Source of the DNA: an uncultured Rickettsiales bacterium
GTDB lineage: Bacteria > Pseudomonadota > Alphaproteobacteria > Rickettsiales > CAYLHV01
Direction of reading: 5' to 3'
DNA length: 64,000 bases
NCBI GenBank assembly: GCA_964383745.1
Contig: CAYLHV010000003.1
Coordinates: 33,590-97,589, forward strand
Shown here piece by piece: positions 25,902 through 36,333 of the stretch (positions are counted from its first letter, which is position 1; each line of letters starts with the position of its first letter). The translations under genes were made by a program, and so were the position numbers. The notes under the pieces were generated by a model, which was given only the letters and a program-made list of their open reading frames with translations, ran no database searches and was not told the origin of the DNA.

Positions 25902-27726
25902 CTCTCCTTTCTTTATTTTCAGAGAGAGAAATTTCAATGATGTCAACGGGTTTATTAGATGACACAGGATCAGGTTTTTTTGCGTCTTCTTCTTCGTCTT
26001 CTTCTGGCTCTTCTTCTAGGTCATCCTTCGCAAGAATATAGTTGCCAGCGCGGAACTTATTTTTTAACCTACTGACCTCAAATTCGCTGATGCCAATGCT
26101 TTTGAGAACGGCGCCGCCAATTTGCAGCCCTGTTTCATAGGTTTCTGGAACAATTACATCAACTCCTGCTTCTTTGAAAAGCTCAAGGTCACTCAAATCT
26201 TCTGACCTGCTGACAATTGGAATTGACAAATCAGGGTAGAATTTTCTGATGGCTCTTGCAACTTTTTTTGAAGTTACTTCATTTTTCATTGCTAAAATCA
26301 CAGCCTTGCATCTGTCAATGCCGACTGCTCTGAGAGTAACTTGTGTGCTTGCGTCACCAGCATAGATTGGGAAGCCGCTTTTGTGAAGTTCAAATGCTGT
26401 TTCTGGGTTAATGTCAACTGCAACATAGTGAATTTTTTCTGCAGAAAGCAGTCTTGACACCATGATGCCAACCCTGCCAAATCCAACAATGATCACATGA
26501 TTTTCAAGGTCGGCAATGTCTTCATAGATTTTGTCTTGAATTGATTTTCCTTTTTTCTTTCTTTCCTCAATCATATCAGAAATTTTCTTTCCAATTGTTG
26601 CAAGAAGTGGTGTCAGGGCCATTGTCACTGTGATCACTAAAAGCAAAATTTGTCTTGTTCCTTCTTTGAGCAAGCCACTTTGGAAAGCTGAGTCAAAAAT
26701 GATGAAAGCAAGCTCACCACCTTGTGAAAGCAACAAACTTGTTTGAATTGCAGTTCCAAGGCTGAAACGGAAAATGAGGCATAGAATGAAAAGGATTAAA
26801 GCTTTGACAAAAATTAGAGACAAGGTCAAAATGGTCACTATGCCAATTTTCTGCACAATCAAATCAAGCTCAATTGACATTCCAACAGACATGAAAAATA
26901 AACCTAAAAAAAGGCCTTTAAATGGATTAATGCTTTCTTCAGCCTGCACATGAAACTCTGTTTCGGCAACTAAAATTCCTGCCACAAATGCCCCTAAAGC
27001 AAGTGAAAGACCCATATGTTCTGTGATCCATGCGGAACCTAGGGCAATCAAAAGCGTCGCTGCGACGAAAATCTCATTACTTTTAGCGGAATTTGAGGAA
27101 ATGATCATTTTAAAGACAGGTCTAAGAAAAATTCGTCCTGCAATGAAAATTCCAACTAAAGCCACAACAGCATTTAGAACTGCTTTGCCAATTGCTTCCG
27201 TCACATTCACATCACCAGCTAAAATGGGAACCAGAATGATTAATGGGACAATGGCGAAATCTTGCATTAGAAGGGCTGACAAAGAAACTCTGCCAGTTTG
27301 TGTTGATTGCTGTCTTTTTTCAGCGATAACTTGCAAAACAATTGCTGTTGAAGACAAAGCGAGGCTGCTGCCGATGATTATTGATGCGTTTTTTGAAAGA
27401 CCGAAAGATAAACAAATCATTGAGATGACAAAAGCAGTGATCACAACTTGCAAACTGCCAAAGCCAAAAACATGGCTTCTCATTGACTTTAAACGGTCAA
27501 AACTGAGCTCAAGGCCAATTGCAAAAAGCAAGAAAACCACGCCATATTCCCCGATGAGCATTGTGTCGTGAACAGACATGATTTCAAGCCCTCTTGAAGT
27601 GATGAGAGCGCCAGCAACAAAATAGCCCAAAACTGGACTTAAGTTAAGCTTTTTGAAAATTGCCACCACAAAGACAGCTGTCAAAAGCAGAATTAAAACA
27701 TCAGAAAGTATTCCGGTAGTTTCCAT
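25894..27726 (-). CDS. kefB: CPA2 family monovalent cation:proton antiporter with TrkA-N domain (KefB/KefC-like)
   Basis: 610 aa with about 12 TM helices followed by the Rossmann motif IIVGFGRVG. Acidic C-terminus. Confidence 0.9.
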   Translation of the reverse strand: METTGILSDVLILLLTAVFVVAIFKKLNLSPVLGYFVAGALITSRGLEIMSVHDTMLIGEYGVVFLLFAIGLELSFDRLKSMRSHVFGFGSLQVVITAFVISMICLSFGLSKNASIIIGSSLALSSTAIVLQVIAEKRQQSTQTGRVSLSALLMQDFAIVPLIILVPILAGDVNVTEAIGKAVLNAVVALVGIFIAGRIFLRPVFKMIISSNSAKSNEIFVAATLLIALGSAWITEHMGLSLALGAFVAGILVAETEFHVQAEESINPFKGLFLGLFFMSVGMSIELDLIVQKIGIVTILTLSLIFVKALILFILCLIFRFSLGTAIQTSLLLSQGGELAFIIFDSAFQSGLLKEGTRQILLLVITVTMALTPLLATIGKKISDMIEERKKKGKSIQDKIYEDIADLENHVIIVGFGRVGIMVSRLLSAEKIHYVAVDINPETAFELHKSGFPIYAGDASTQVTLRAVGIDRCKAVILAMKNEVTSKKVARAIRKFYPDLSIPIVSRSEDLSDLELFKEAGVDVIVPETYETGLQIGGAVLKSIGISEFEVSRLKNKFRAGNYILAKDDLEEEPEEDEEEDAKKPDPVSSNKPVDIIEISLSENKERRDD

Positions 27727-27861
27727 TGACCTTCATTTAATTGAGATTGACATAAAATATAATTTCGCTACTATAACTTAAATATAGAGCTTTCAACTCA
27801 AAAATTCAAGATAAACTTATAAATTTTCTCTAATTTATTTAACGTAGATGCAGAAATTTCA

Positions 27862-28596
27862 ATGAATGTAGAAAAAAGAATTTTTATCACTGCAGCAAAT
27901 TCAAACTTTGGTGTTTTTTTGTCAGAATATTTTGCCAAGCAAGGGTTTCAGTTGGCTCTTCATTTTCGTGAATCTTCTTCAGAAATCAGGCGTTTGAAAG
28001 AGAAATTTCCGCAAAAGATTGTTTTTTTTCAAAGTGATTTTAATGAAATTTCTGAAGTTGAAAAAATGTGCCATTTGGTGAAAAAAGAATTTGTGGAAAT
28101 TGATGTTTTGATTAATAATGCCGCTTCATTTTGTAATGATTTTCCTGATGGTTTTTCTGAAGAATCTTTTAACTCTAATTTTAACTTGAATTTGAAAGCG
28201 CCAATGTTTGTTTCTTCGTTTTTTCAGAAAAATCTTGCGGCGAGAAATGCAAATATTGTTAATATTCTTGATTATTGTATTTTTAAAATGCCTCAGAAAT
28301 TTACGTCTTATTCACTAAGCAAAATGGCTTTGGCGAATTTTACAAAAATGTCTGCAGTGAATTTTGCACCAAATGTAAGGGTTAATGGCGTCTCTTTCTC
28401 TAATCTTTTGAAAAACGCCCAAGAGAATCATGAGAGATTTGAGAAAAATGCGAGTAATAATCTGCTTGGTCAACAAACTTCTGTGGAAGAAATTCTGGCA
28501 ATCATTCAGCTGATTCTCAACTCACCAACAATGACAGGGCAAATCATTAATGTTGATGGGGGCAAATCTCTCTCTGATTTTCCCTATTATGAGTGA
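27862..28596 (+). CDS. SDR family oxidoreductase with degenerate glycine motif
   Basis: YSLSK (YxxxK) and NNAA motifs are present. The usual TGxxxGIG is replaced by TAANSNFG. Confidence 0.7.
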   Translation: MNVEKRIFITAANSNFGVFLSEYFAKQGFQLALHFRESSSEIRRLKEKFPQKIVFFQSDFNEISEVEKMCHLVKKEFVEIDVLINNAASFCNDFPDGFSEESFNSNFNLNLKAPMFVSSFFQKNLAARNANIVNILDYCIFKMPQKFTSYSLSKMALANFTKMSAVNFAPNVRVNGVSFSNLLKNAQENHERFEKNASNNLLGQQTSVEEILAIIQLILNSPTMTGQIINVDGGKSLSDFPYYE

Positions 28597-28600
28597 GATG

Positions 28601-30133
28601 TTATTCTTCTTTAAATGACAATCTCATTGTGTTCAAAATTGGGTCGAGGAGATATTTCATGAAAGTTCTGCTTCCAACCACAATCAACACACTGGCCGGC
28701 ATGCCGGGATATAGATCTATGTTTTTCAATTTTGGGTTTTCTTCAAATTGGTCTTTGTCAATTTCAATTTTTGCCTTATAAAATGATTTATCTTCCGGAT
28801 TTGCAGCATTTGGGTCAGAAATGATGTCAGCTGAAACATGCACCACCACACCTTTAACAGGAGGCACAAATCTTGATCTATATGCGTTTAAATTTGCAAA
28901 AGCCTCAAGTCCAGGATGAACTAAATCAATGTCTTCTGGTTTAATTCTGGCTTCAATCACGAGCTTGTCATCGGTCGGAATGATTTCCATGATTGCTCCA
29001 TTTGGGGGCACAACACCGCCAATTGTGTGAAAATTCATGTTATTAACAATGCCGCTGATTGGGGATTTAATCTCTGTTCTTTCAAGCAAATCTGATGCTT
29101 CATTCATTTTCTCAGTTGTTTCACTCAAATGGAGCTGTGTTTCTTTTAATTCTTGCTCAACCTTGTCAAGCATCTCATTTCTTAAATGAATCATTTCAAC
29201 TTCAGCTGACGCAATCCTCTGATTCGCTTCAGCAATTTTGGCAACAAAGTCACCAATTCTTCCTTGAAGCTCTGCTTGCGAGCTTTCAAGTTGAAGCAAT
29301 CTTGTTCTTTCAGTGTTGCCGCTTGCAAGTAATTTTCTCATCACTCCAACTTGCTCGGTGATTTTATTTAGCTGAACTCCTGCTGAAAATTTTTGCGCAT
29401 TAATCCCTTCAATCTGTTTGTTAAATTGAATGATTTTACGAGCTGTTATGTCTTTTTTTGCCTGGCTCAGTGCGAGTCTTGCATTAAAAATTCTTCTTTG
29501 TCCTTCAAAAATCTTCTCAATTTCAGGTAAAGTTTTTGCAGCTTCGATGAGCTTTTCTCTGAAAATCAGCTCTGTTGCTTCGTCTCTTTCTGCAATTAAC
29601 CTGTCTTCATTAGCCATTAAAGTGTTGATTCTGGAAAAAAGAATCTCTCTATTTACGCTGGCAGAAGTGTCATTTAATCTCATGACCACTTGTCCTGCAG
29701 CGACTTCGGCTCCTTCTTTCACAAGAATTTCTTTAATGACGCCACCTTCTTTATGTTGAATTGTTTTCTTGTTAGAATCAACCACAATTGTGCCGCCTGC
29801 AATGGAGGCTTGATTTAAAGGAGCAACTGCTCCCCAGATTCCAAAAAAACCGAAACAGATGATCAAGACCCAATTTCCAAACACAATTGGTGCACGTGCT
29901 GTGCTGACAACTTCATCAACAGCTTTGTCTGTTTTTCTGTTTGCCATGAAATTAATGAAGCTGTCAAGCTGGGCAAGGGAAGAATTTGCAAAATTCACAA
30001 TTTTGTTGAACCATTTCTTTTGCGCCAGTTTATTTGTTTTCGGCATGGCTTGCATTTCTTTTTTTTGCATCATGCTTCTTCTAACTTTTTCTACCAATTC
30101 TTCGTTATTCAATTCTGGTTTTTTTTCTGACAT
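28601..30133 (-). CDS. HlyD family type I secretion membrane fusion protein (AprE-like)
   Basis: 510 aa with one N-terminal TM helix, a long coiled-coil and a C-terminal barrel with the PGMPA motif. Immediately downstream of the T1SS ABC gene. Confidence 0.9.
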   Translation of the reverse strand: MSEKKPELNNEELVEKVRRSMMQKKEMQAMPKTNKLAQKKWFNKIVNFANSSLAQLDSFINFMANRKTDKAVDEVVSTARAPIVFGNWVLIICFGFFGIWGAVAPLNQASIAGGTIVVDSNKKTIQHKEGGVIKEILVKEGAEVAAGQVVMRLNDTSASVNREILFSRINTLMANEDRLIAERDEATELIFREKLIEAAKTLPEIEKIFEGQRRIFNARLALSQAKKDITARKIIQFNKQIEGINAQKFSAGVQLNKITEQVGVMRKLLASGNTERTRLLQLESSQAELQGRIGDFVAKIAEANQRIASAEVEMIHLRNEMLDKVEQELKETQLHLSETTEKMNEASDLLERTEIKSPISGIVNNMNFHTIGGVVPPNGAIMEIIPTDDKLVIEARIKPEDIDLVHPGLEAFANLNAYRSRFVPPVKGVVVHVSADIISDPNAANPEDKSFYKAKIEIDKDQFEENPKLKNIDLYPGMPASVLIVVGSRTFMKYLLDPILNTMRLSFKEE

Positions 30134-30145
30134 GTTAACGCTCTT

Positions 30146-31867
30146 CTATTGATTTGTTCCTGATATTCTAGCTATGATTTCTTCGCGACTTCCAAAAGCT
30201 GCAATTGAGCCATCTTGCAAAACTAAGATTTTGTCAACGCTTGACAAAATTGAAGTTCGATGAGAAATGATTACTGTTGTGATTTTCTTTTCTTTAGCTT
30301 TCAAAATTGCTTGCACTAAAGCAGCTTCACCAGTTTCGTCTAAATTCGCATTTGGCTCATCAAGAACAACAAATCTTGGATTTCCAAAAAATGCCCTTGC
30401 AAGGCCAATTCTTTGTTTTTGTCCACCAGAAAGAGAGGCGCCTGCCACGCCAATGTCTGTGTCATAGCCATTTGGTAGGCGCAGAATCATGTCATGCGCT
30501 CCTGCAATTTGGGCTGCTTCAACAATGTCTTCCGATGAAGCATCTTGGTTAAGTCTTGCTATATTTTCTTTAATTGTGCCGCTGAAAAGTTCAATTGCTT
30601 GTGGCAGATAGCCAACATATTGGCCAAAATTTTCTCTATTCCAGGAATAAATCTCGGCACCATCAAGCCTTATGCTTCCTGCAGATGGCTTCCAAACGCC
30701 CATCATCAGTTTTGCCATGGAAGATTTTCCTGCTGCGCTTGGTCCAATGATGGCTAGCACATCACCTGCTTCCAGTCCAAAACTCACGCCTTTCACAACA
30801 TGTTTAGGGTTTGTTTGTTCTGCTTGTGTTCTTGGTGGGTGAGCAAAAAACACATTTTCAAAGGTTAAAATTCCTTGAGGAACTGGTAATTTCATGTCTT
30901 GGCTTCTGACAGGTGTGTGGTCAAAGCTTTTTTTCAATCTTTCAAAAGCCACTTTGGAGTCTGTCACGCTTTTCCAAACAGCAATTGCTTGGTCAAAAGG
31001 AGCCAAAGCTCTGCCAACGATGATTGAGCTGGCAATCATGCCCCCGACGGTCATTTCGTTTTTTAAAGTTAGATAGGCCCCAATGCCGGTGACAGCCATT
31101 TGCAAACTCACACGAATGAATTTAGAAATGTTGGAAATCACGCCATTGCGATAGCTTGCGTGGGACTGAAGTTTCATGGATTGTTCGCTGGCTTTATACC
31201 AGTTTTTAACTAAATGTTTCATCATTCCCATTGCTTCAATTGCTTCTGCGTTTCTGTTGGCAATCTCTGCTTGATTCATGCTTTTAATGTTTGACTCAGT
31301 TGCTTTTGACAGTTGATTATTTGTTGAATAGGCATTAAAAACTGCAAAACAAAAAATGATGATTCCACCAAAAATTGTGAGCCAGCCTAAATATGGGTGA
31401 ATCAGGAAAACGACCAGCACATAGATGATTGACCAGGGTGCGTCAAACAGGGTGTTGATTCCAGAGCTTGTTAGAAAGCTTTTAACAGTTGCAAGGTCTC
31501 TGAGTGATTGGCTTCCACCAATTGAAGGTCTCACTGCGGCATTTGCAACTGAATTTGCAAAAAGAATTGGTGTCATTCTTGAATGTAGCCATTCTCCAAT
31601 TTTAATTAGAACAAAGGCCCTCACCACTTGCAGTAAATGCAGGACGATGTAGACGGCAATCATGACTAAGGAAAGCATTAGCAAAGTTTCCAAGCTTCGG
31701 CTTGACAAAACCCTGTCAAGAACTTGGAGGGAGTAGAGGGGTGTGATTAAATTAAGCACATTAACTGCAAAAGCAAACATAAAAGTGATGATGAATGCTT
31801 GTTTACATTTATTCAATGCCTCTGTCAGAGGGTCTATTTTCTTTTTAACTTCTTCTAAATCTTTCAT
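30146..31867 (-). CDS. type I secretion system permease/ATPase (PrtD/AprD family, no C39 domain)
   Basis: 573 aa with an N-terminal 6-TM domain, Walker A GPSAAGKSS, signature LSGGQKQR and Walker B VVLDEP. Confidence 0.9.
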   Translation of the reverse strand: MKDLEEVKKKIDPLTEALNKCKQAFIITFMFAFAVNVLNLITPLYSLQVLDRVLSSRSLETLLMLSLVMIAVYIVLHLLQVVRAFVLIKIGEWLHSRMTPILFANSVANAAVRPSIGGSQSLRDLATVKSFLTSSGINTLFDAPWSIIYVLVVFLIHPYLGWLTIFGGIIIFCFAVFNAYSTNNQLSKATESNIKSMNQAEIANRNAEAIEAMGMMKHLVKNWYKASEQSMKLQSHASYRNGVISNISKFIRVSLQMAVTGIGAYLTLKNEMTVGGMIASSIIVGRALAPFDQAIAVWKSVTDSKVAFERLKKSFDHTPVRSQDMKLPVPQGILTFENVFFAHPPRTQAEQTNPKHVVKGVSFGLEAGDVLAIIGPSAAGKSSMAKLMMGVWKPSAGSIRLDGAEIYSWNRENFGQYVGYLPQAIELFSGTIKENIARLNQDASSEDIVEAAQIAGAHDMILRLPNGYDTDIGVAGASLSGGQKQRIGLARAFFGNPRFVVLDEPNANLDETGEAALVQAILKAKEKKITTVIISHRTSILSSVDKILVLQDGSIAAFGSREEIIARISGTNQ

Positions 31868-32095
31868 CCTTTTTAAACCTTTTAATAAACAAGTCTGCTT
31901 TGAGATTTTTATAGCTTATGATGCGCAATCCAATTAATTATTTTAATAATAATATATCTTTAAGGGCGTTTTATAGTGTGAATATTGCTAAAAGTGGTAA
32001 AATTGACACAGTCTTTTGATTTAACTTGATTCTAGCCCCATTTGATCAATCTAATATAAAATGGTTCAATTTTCAAGAGGTTTTTTCTCGAAGGC

Positions 32096-32551
32096 TTAAT
32101 CTGATTTTAAATTTTTAATTGAGCTTATGACGATTGGAGCTAGTTGAAAAACATTCCATGGGCTCACAATGAAGCTTGCGAGTCGCTGTTTTTGCTCTTC
32201 AAAAAAAGAAAAGATGCTGTTTGTCGGATTGTTTTTTTGTCTTGCAGAGTCTTTGGAATATATTGCTGCAAAAAATAAATCATAATTTTTTTCTTCTAGA
32301 GAAGCTGACCTTTGAGTTCTTTCGATGAATTCTGGATCATTGGTGAAAGATTCGTATAAATTATTTGCATAAAACTCTTCATGATTTTGATTTTCATGCA
32401 TTTTTTCAAAATGAGCTAACATTGCGGCAAGTGCAGAAATTTTATCTTTTTTGATAAATGATCCACATTTTTTCTGAAGTTCTTCGCCTATTAAGAAGGA
32501 CTTGTGTTCAAGCTGATTTTCGTCTAAAAAGTCTAAAGTCATAAAGGTCAC
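32096..32551 (-). CDS. hypothetical protein (151 aa), upstream of the T1SS genes on the same strand
   Basis: ORF only. No motif recognised. Confidence 0.4.
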   Translation of the reverse strand: MTFMTLDFLDENQLEHKSFLIGEELQKKCGSFIKKDKISALAAMLAHFEKMHENQNHEEFYANNLYESFTNDPEFIERTQRSASLEEKNYDLFFAAIYSKDSARQKNNPTNSIFSFFEEQKQRLASFIVSPWNVFQLAPIVISSIKNLKSD

Positions 32552-32798
32552 CTTTCTACTCTTAGTTAATGCCTTATTTAATATATTACTAGGAAAAAGT
32601 TACTAAATTATTAATGAAGCTGCAATTTGTGATATATTTTTTAGACTATCGAATCTTGGAAATTCGAGAGTTTGAAAAAATAATTTGAAAATTCTACTAG
32701 TATTTTACATTTTTTTATTATATAAATAAATCTAACTTAAATTAGATTATGCTAAGTGTGTGTTTTTTAATAATATTTATTTAGGTCGGGTAAAAATA

Positions 32799-34025
32799 AT
32801 GAAATTATGGAAAAAAGTTGGAATTGGTCTAGTTTCAGGCATAGTCCTTGGTCTAATTATCAAAGAACAAGCGAATCACATTAAATTCATTGGTGACATT
32901 TTCATACATCTGCTTAAAATGATTGTTGTTCCTCTCGTGTTTTTTTCACTTGTCTCGGGAATCACGAATGTCAGCGACTCAAGCACGCTTGGGCGAATTG
33001 GCGTTAAATCATGCATAGCATTCATCAGCACCACAGCTTTTGCCATCATCATTGGCATCACAACTGCCACCATTTTGGAGCCAGGTAAGGGTGTTGTCAT
33101 TAATTTTAGTAATAACGCAAATTCTTCATCAGTGAAAACAATCGACTTCATGGAGTTAATCACTGATATTGTTCCTGGAAACGCAATTGCAGCAATGGCT
33201 AATGGAAACATGCTTCAAGTTGTTTTCTTTGCAATTTTTACTGGCCTCACTCTGAATTCCATGGGTAATGAAGGAAAGAAAATTGTTGGCTACGTGAATC
33301 TTTTCACTAAAATGGTTTTCAAAATGATTGGAATCATCGTTTCTTTCTCTCCATATGGTGCTTTTGCCCTTGCAGCTTGGGTGGTTGGGACGCAAGGAAT
33401 TGAAGTTCTGCAATCTCTTGCAAAATTGTTAGTGTCAGTGGCTGTTGCAATGTCTGCTCAATATATCATTTTTGGTTTGTTTATTTTAGTTGTCGCAAGA
33501 GTCAGCCCAATTCCGTTTTATAAGAAAAGTTTTGAATATCAACTGCTTGCATTCTCAACAAGCAGCTCAAAAGCTACACTTGCAACAACAATGAGAATTT
33601 GTAAAGAGAAACTTGGCGTTTCTGAAAGTAGCACATCTTTCATTCTTCCTCTTGGTGCGTCCATTAACATGGACGGAATGGCCATATATCTTGGAATGTG
33701 TGCAATTTTCTTTGCTCAAGTGACGGGAACGGTTTTGCAGCCACATGAATATGCCGTTATCATTTTTACAGCAACAATTGGCTCAATTGGCGCAGCTGGT
33801 GTTCCAAGTGGCTCAATTGTGATGCTTCCTGTCATTCTTTCCTCAGTTGGTTTGCCGATTGAAGGTGTGGCATTAATTGCTGGAATTGACAGAATACTTG
33901 ACATGTTGAGAACAACAATTAACATCACTGGTGATGCCACTGTGACATTATTGATTGACAGCACTGAAGGTACATTTGATAAAAAAATATATTATTCTGA
34001 CAATGATAATAATTCAGATCTCTAA
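32799..34025 (+). CDS. dicarboxylate/amino acid:cation symporter (DAACS, GltP/DctA family)
   Basis: About 408 aa, multi-TM, with family-typical segments (SSSKATLATTM, ASINMDGMAIY, GVPSGSIVML, DRILDMLRTTINITGD). The ATG at 32799 (MKLWKKVG) is preferred over the GTG at 32760. Confidence 0.9.
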   Translation: MKLWKKVGIGLVSGIVLGLIIKEQANHIKFIGDIFIHLLKMIVVPLVFFSLVSGITNVSDSSTLGRIGVKSCIAFISTTAFAIIIGITTATILEPGKGVVINFSNNANSSSVKTIDFMELITDIVPGNAIAAMANGNMLQVVFFAIFTGLTLNSMGNEGKKIVGYVNLFTKMVFKMIGIIVSFSPYGAFALAAWVVGTQGIEVLQSLAKLLVSVAVAMSAQYIIFGLFILVVARVSPIPFYKKSFEYQLLAFSTSSSKATLATTMRICKEKLGVSESSTSFILPLGASINMDGMAIYLGMCAIFFAQVTGTVLQPHEYAVIIFTATIGSIGAAGVPSGSIVMLPVILSSVGLPIEGVALIAGIDRILDMLRTTINITGDATVTLLIDSTEGTFDKKIYYSDNDNNSDL

Positions 34026-34044
34026 AACATTTAAGAGCAAAATT

Positions 34045-35013
34045 ATGCATATTTTACAAAATAGAATTTTAAAAGCCGCATTTTTTCTTATCCTTGCAAA
34101 CCCGTTTTATGTTTCTCATGCGGAGGAATTTATTTCAGTTGGTACGGGCAATATCACTGGAATATATTATCCTGCTGGAAGTAATATTTGTCGCTTCTTG
34201 AATAAAAACCGAAAAGATCACGGTATTAGATGTTCTGTGGCGGCTACTTCTGGCAGCATTCATAATTTGGATAGTTTGGCAAAAGGAAGCCTTGATTTTG
34301 TTATTGTTCAATCTGATTTGCAATTTAAAAACTATAGAGGGGAAGATATTTATGAAGATAATGCGAACCCGGAGCTGCGTTCAGTATTTTCTCTTCATGA
34401 TGATGCATTCACGATTGTTTCAAGAAAAGACGCTCAAATTAGAAATTTTAGTGACTTAAAAAACAAAAAAATATATTTAGGAAACGAGGGTTCTGGAAGT
34501 CGCCTCACAATGCAAATTTTGATGAAATTCAAAGGTTGGGATGCAAGCGACATCATTGACACTGTTAATTTTAAATCGAGAAACTATTCCGATGCTCTTT
34601 GTTCAGGTGAAATTGATGCAATTGTCTATAGTTCTGGTAATCCAAATGGTCTCATTCAGGAAACTGCAACATCTTGTGACACATTCATTGTGCCAGTTGA
34701 AGGGAAAGAAATTGATGAGTTAATAGAGCATTTTTCTTATTATTCGAAAACAGAAATTCCTGGTGGTCTCTATGCTGGCAATCCTTATGACATTAAAACA
34801 TTCGGCTTTAAAGCAACATTAGTCACAAAAAGTAGCACTGATGAGAAAATTGTCTATAATCTTGTTAAATCTGTTTTTGATAATTTTGATGCTTTCAAAA
34901 AAACCTTGCCGGTTTTCAGAGATCTTGATATGAAAAAAATGATTTCAACAGGTAACACAGCGCCTTTGCATGAAGGTGCCGTGAGATTCTATAAAGAAAA
35001 GGGGTTGCTTTAA
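34045..35013 (+). CDS. TAXI family TRAP-type solute-binding protein
   Basis: Signal peptide, then ISVGTGNITGIYYPAGSNICRFLN...VQSDL...GSGSRLT...PLHEGAVRFYKEKGLL, matching TAXI hallmarks. The ATG at 34045 is 19 nt after the DAACS stop. Confidence 0.85.
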   Translation: MHILQNRILKAAFFLILANPFYVSHAEEFISVGTGNITGIYYPAGSNICRFLNKNRKDHGIRCSVAATSGSIHNLDSLAKGSLDFVIVQSDLQFKNYRGEDIYEDNANPELRSVFSLHDDAFTIVSRKDAQIRNFSDLKNKKIYLGNEGSGSRLTMQILMKFKGWDASDIIDTVNFKSRNYSDALCSGEIDAIVYSSGNPNGLIQETATSCDTFIVPVEGKEIDELIEHFSYYSKTEIPGGLYAGNPYDIKTFGFKATLVTKSSTDEKIVYNLVKSVFDNFDAFKKTLPVFRDLDMKKMISTGNTAPLHEGAVRFYKEKGLL

Positions 35014-35038
35014 ATAATTTTTTTACAAAGGTTCTAAA

Positions 35039-35473
35039 ATGTATAATCACATAATTTTTCCAGTTGATGTTGAAGATAAATATTCCACAAAAGAAGCATT
35101 TCCTTCCGTCATAAAAATTGCAAAAGCATTTAACGCAAAACTCACAATCATGACTGTCATTCCGGATTATGGCACCTCAATGATGAGGGAATATTTTCCT
35201 AAAGGTTGGATGAAAGATTTAACAAGTAAGGCGAAAATTGAATTAAACAAAACGGTTGCGAAATATGTGCCTGCAGATTTGGTTGTTGATCAAATTGTTC
35301 AAACAGGAGCAATTTATGAATCTATCATTCAAACCTCAACGGAAGTTAATGCTGATTTGATCATCATGCCAGCAAATAGAACAGAATTGAGGGAATATTT
35401 GTTGGGACCAAACACGGCGAAAGTGGCTCGTCATGCTCAAATCTCTGTGTTAATTTTAAGAGAATATGAATAA
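35039..35473 (+). CDS. universal stress protein family
   Basis: 144 aa with a Usp fold pattern (IIFPVD...DLIIMPA......LLGPNTAKVARHAQISVLIL). Confidence 0.8.
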   Translation: MYNHIIFPVDVEDKYSTKEAFPSVIKIAKAFNAKLTIMTVIPDYGTSMMREYFPKGWMKDLTSKAKIELNKTVAKYVPADLVVDQIVQTGAIYESIIQTSTEVNADLIIMPANRTELREYLLGPNTAKVARHAQISVLILREYE

Positions 35474-36332
35474 TCTATCAAAAGAACTGAAAGTTATTTC
35501 TCAGGAAACTTATAAATTGATTGATGAGCTTCTTTCTTTTGAAGATAAATTAAAAGAAAGAAGGCTCTTTGAAGCGATGAGATATTCTTGTTTGTCTGAA
35601 GGAAAAATGCTTCGCCCTTTCCTTACGGTCACTTGCTCTAATCTTTTCAAAGTTGATTCAAAATTTTCCTTGAGAGTTGCTGCTGCCATTGAATTAATTC
35701 ATGTTTTCTCATTAATTCATGATGATTTGCCTGCACTTGATAATGATGATTTCCGAAGAGGTAAGCCAAGTTGCCATAAGAAATTCGATGAGGCCACGGC
35801 AATTCTTGCAGGAGATGCTCTTCTTGCGATGGCATTTGAAATTGTCTCAAGTCCCAAAACACACCCGAATGCAGAAGTGAGATGTAGGATTCTTGAACTT
35901 TTGTCAAAAGCAGTTGGGCCTTCAGGCATGGTTGGGGGGCAAATGATGGATATGTGTTTTGATGGGCCTTTGAATAAGCCAGACATTGTCAAATTGCAAA
36001 AAATGAAAACAGGCGCTCTTTTTTGTTTTTCTTGTGAAGTTGGTGCTGTTCTCGGTGGTGCAAGTGCCATGGAGCAAAAATGTTTGAGAACATATGCAGA
36101 AAATTTCGGTCTAGCTTTTCAAATTATTGATGATTTGAAAGATTTTAAAGAAGATGAGCAGCAAGATCAAGATAAGCCAACTTTCATCAATTTAATGGGG
36201 GTTGAAGAATCAAAAATTGAAGCGGAGAAATTAATGAATGAGTCGATTTACGTGCTAAAAGATCTTGCTCCAAAAAATGTGACATCTCTGAAATCTCTAT
36301 CGGAACAACTTTTATTAGAAATTAGAAAATGA
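35466..36332 (+). CDS. ispA: polyprenyl (farnesyl) diphosphate synthase
   Basis: First and second aspartate-rich motifs are present: LIHDDLPALDNDDFRRG and QIIDDLKD. Confidence 0.9.
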   Translation: MNNLSKELKVISQETYKLIDELLSFEDKLKERRLFEAMRYSCLSEGKMLRPFLTVTCSNLFKVDSKFSLRVAAAIELIHVFSLIHDDLPALDNDDFRRGKPSCHKKFDEATAILAGDALLAMAFEIVSSPKTHPNAEVRCRILELLSKAVGPSGMVGGQMMDMCFDGPLNKPDIVKLQKMKTGALFCFSCEVGAVLGGASAMEQKCLRTYAENFGLAFQIIDDLKDFKEDEQQDQDKPTFINLMGVEESKIEAEKLMNESIYVLKDLAPKNVTSLKSLSEQLLLEIRK

Positions 36333-36333
36333 A

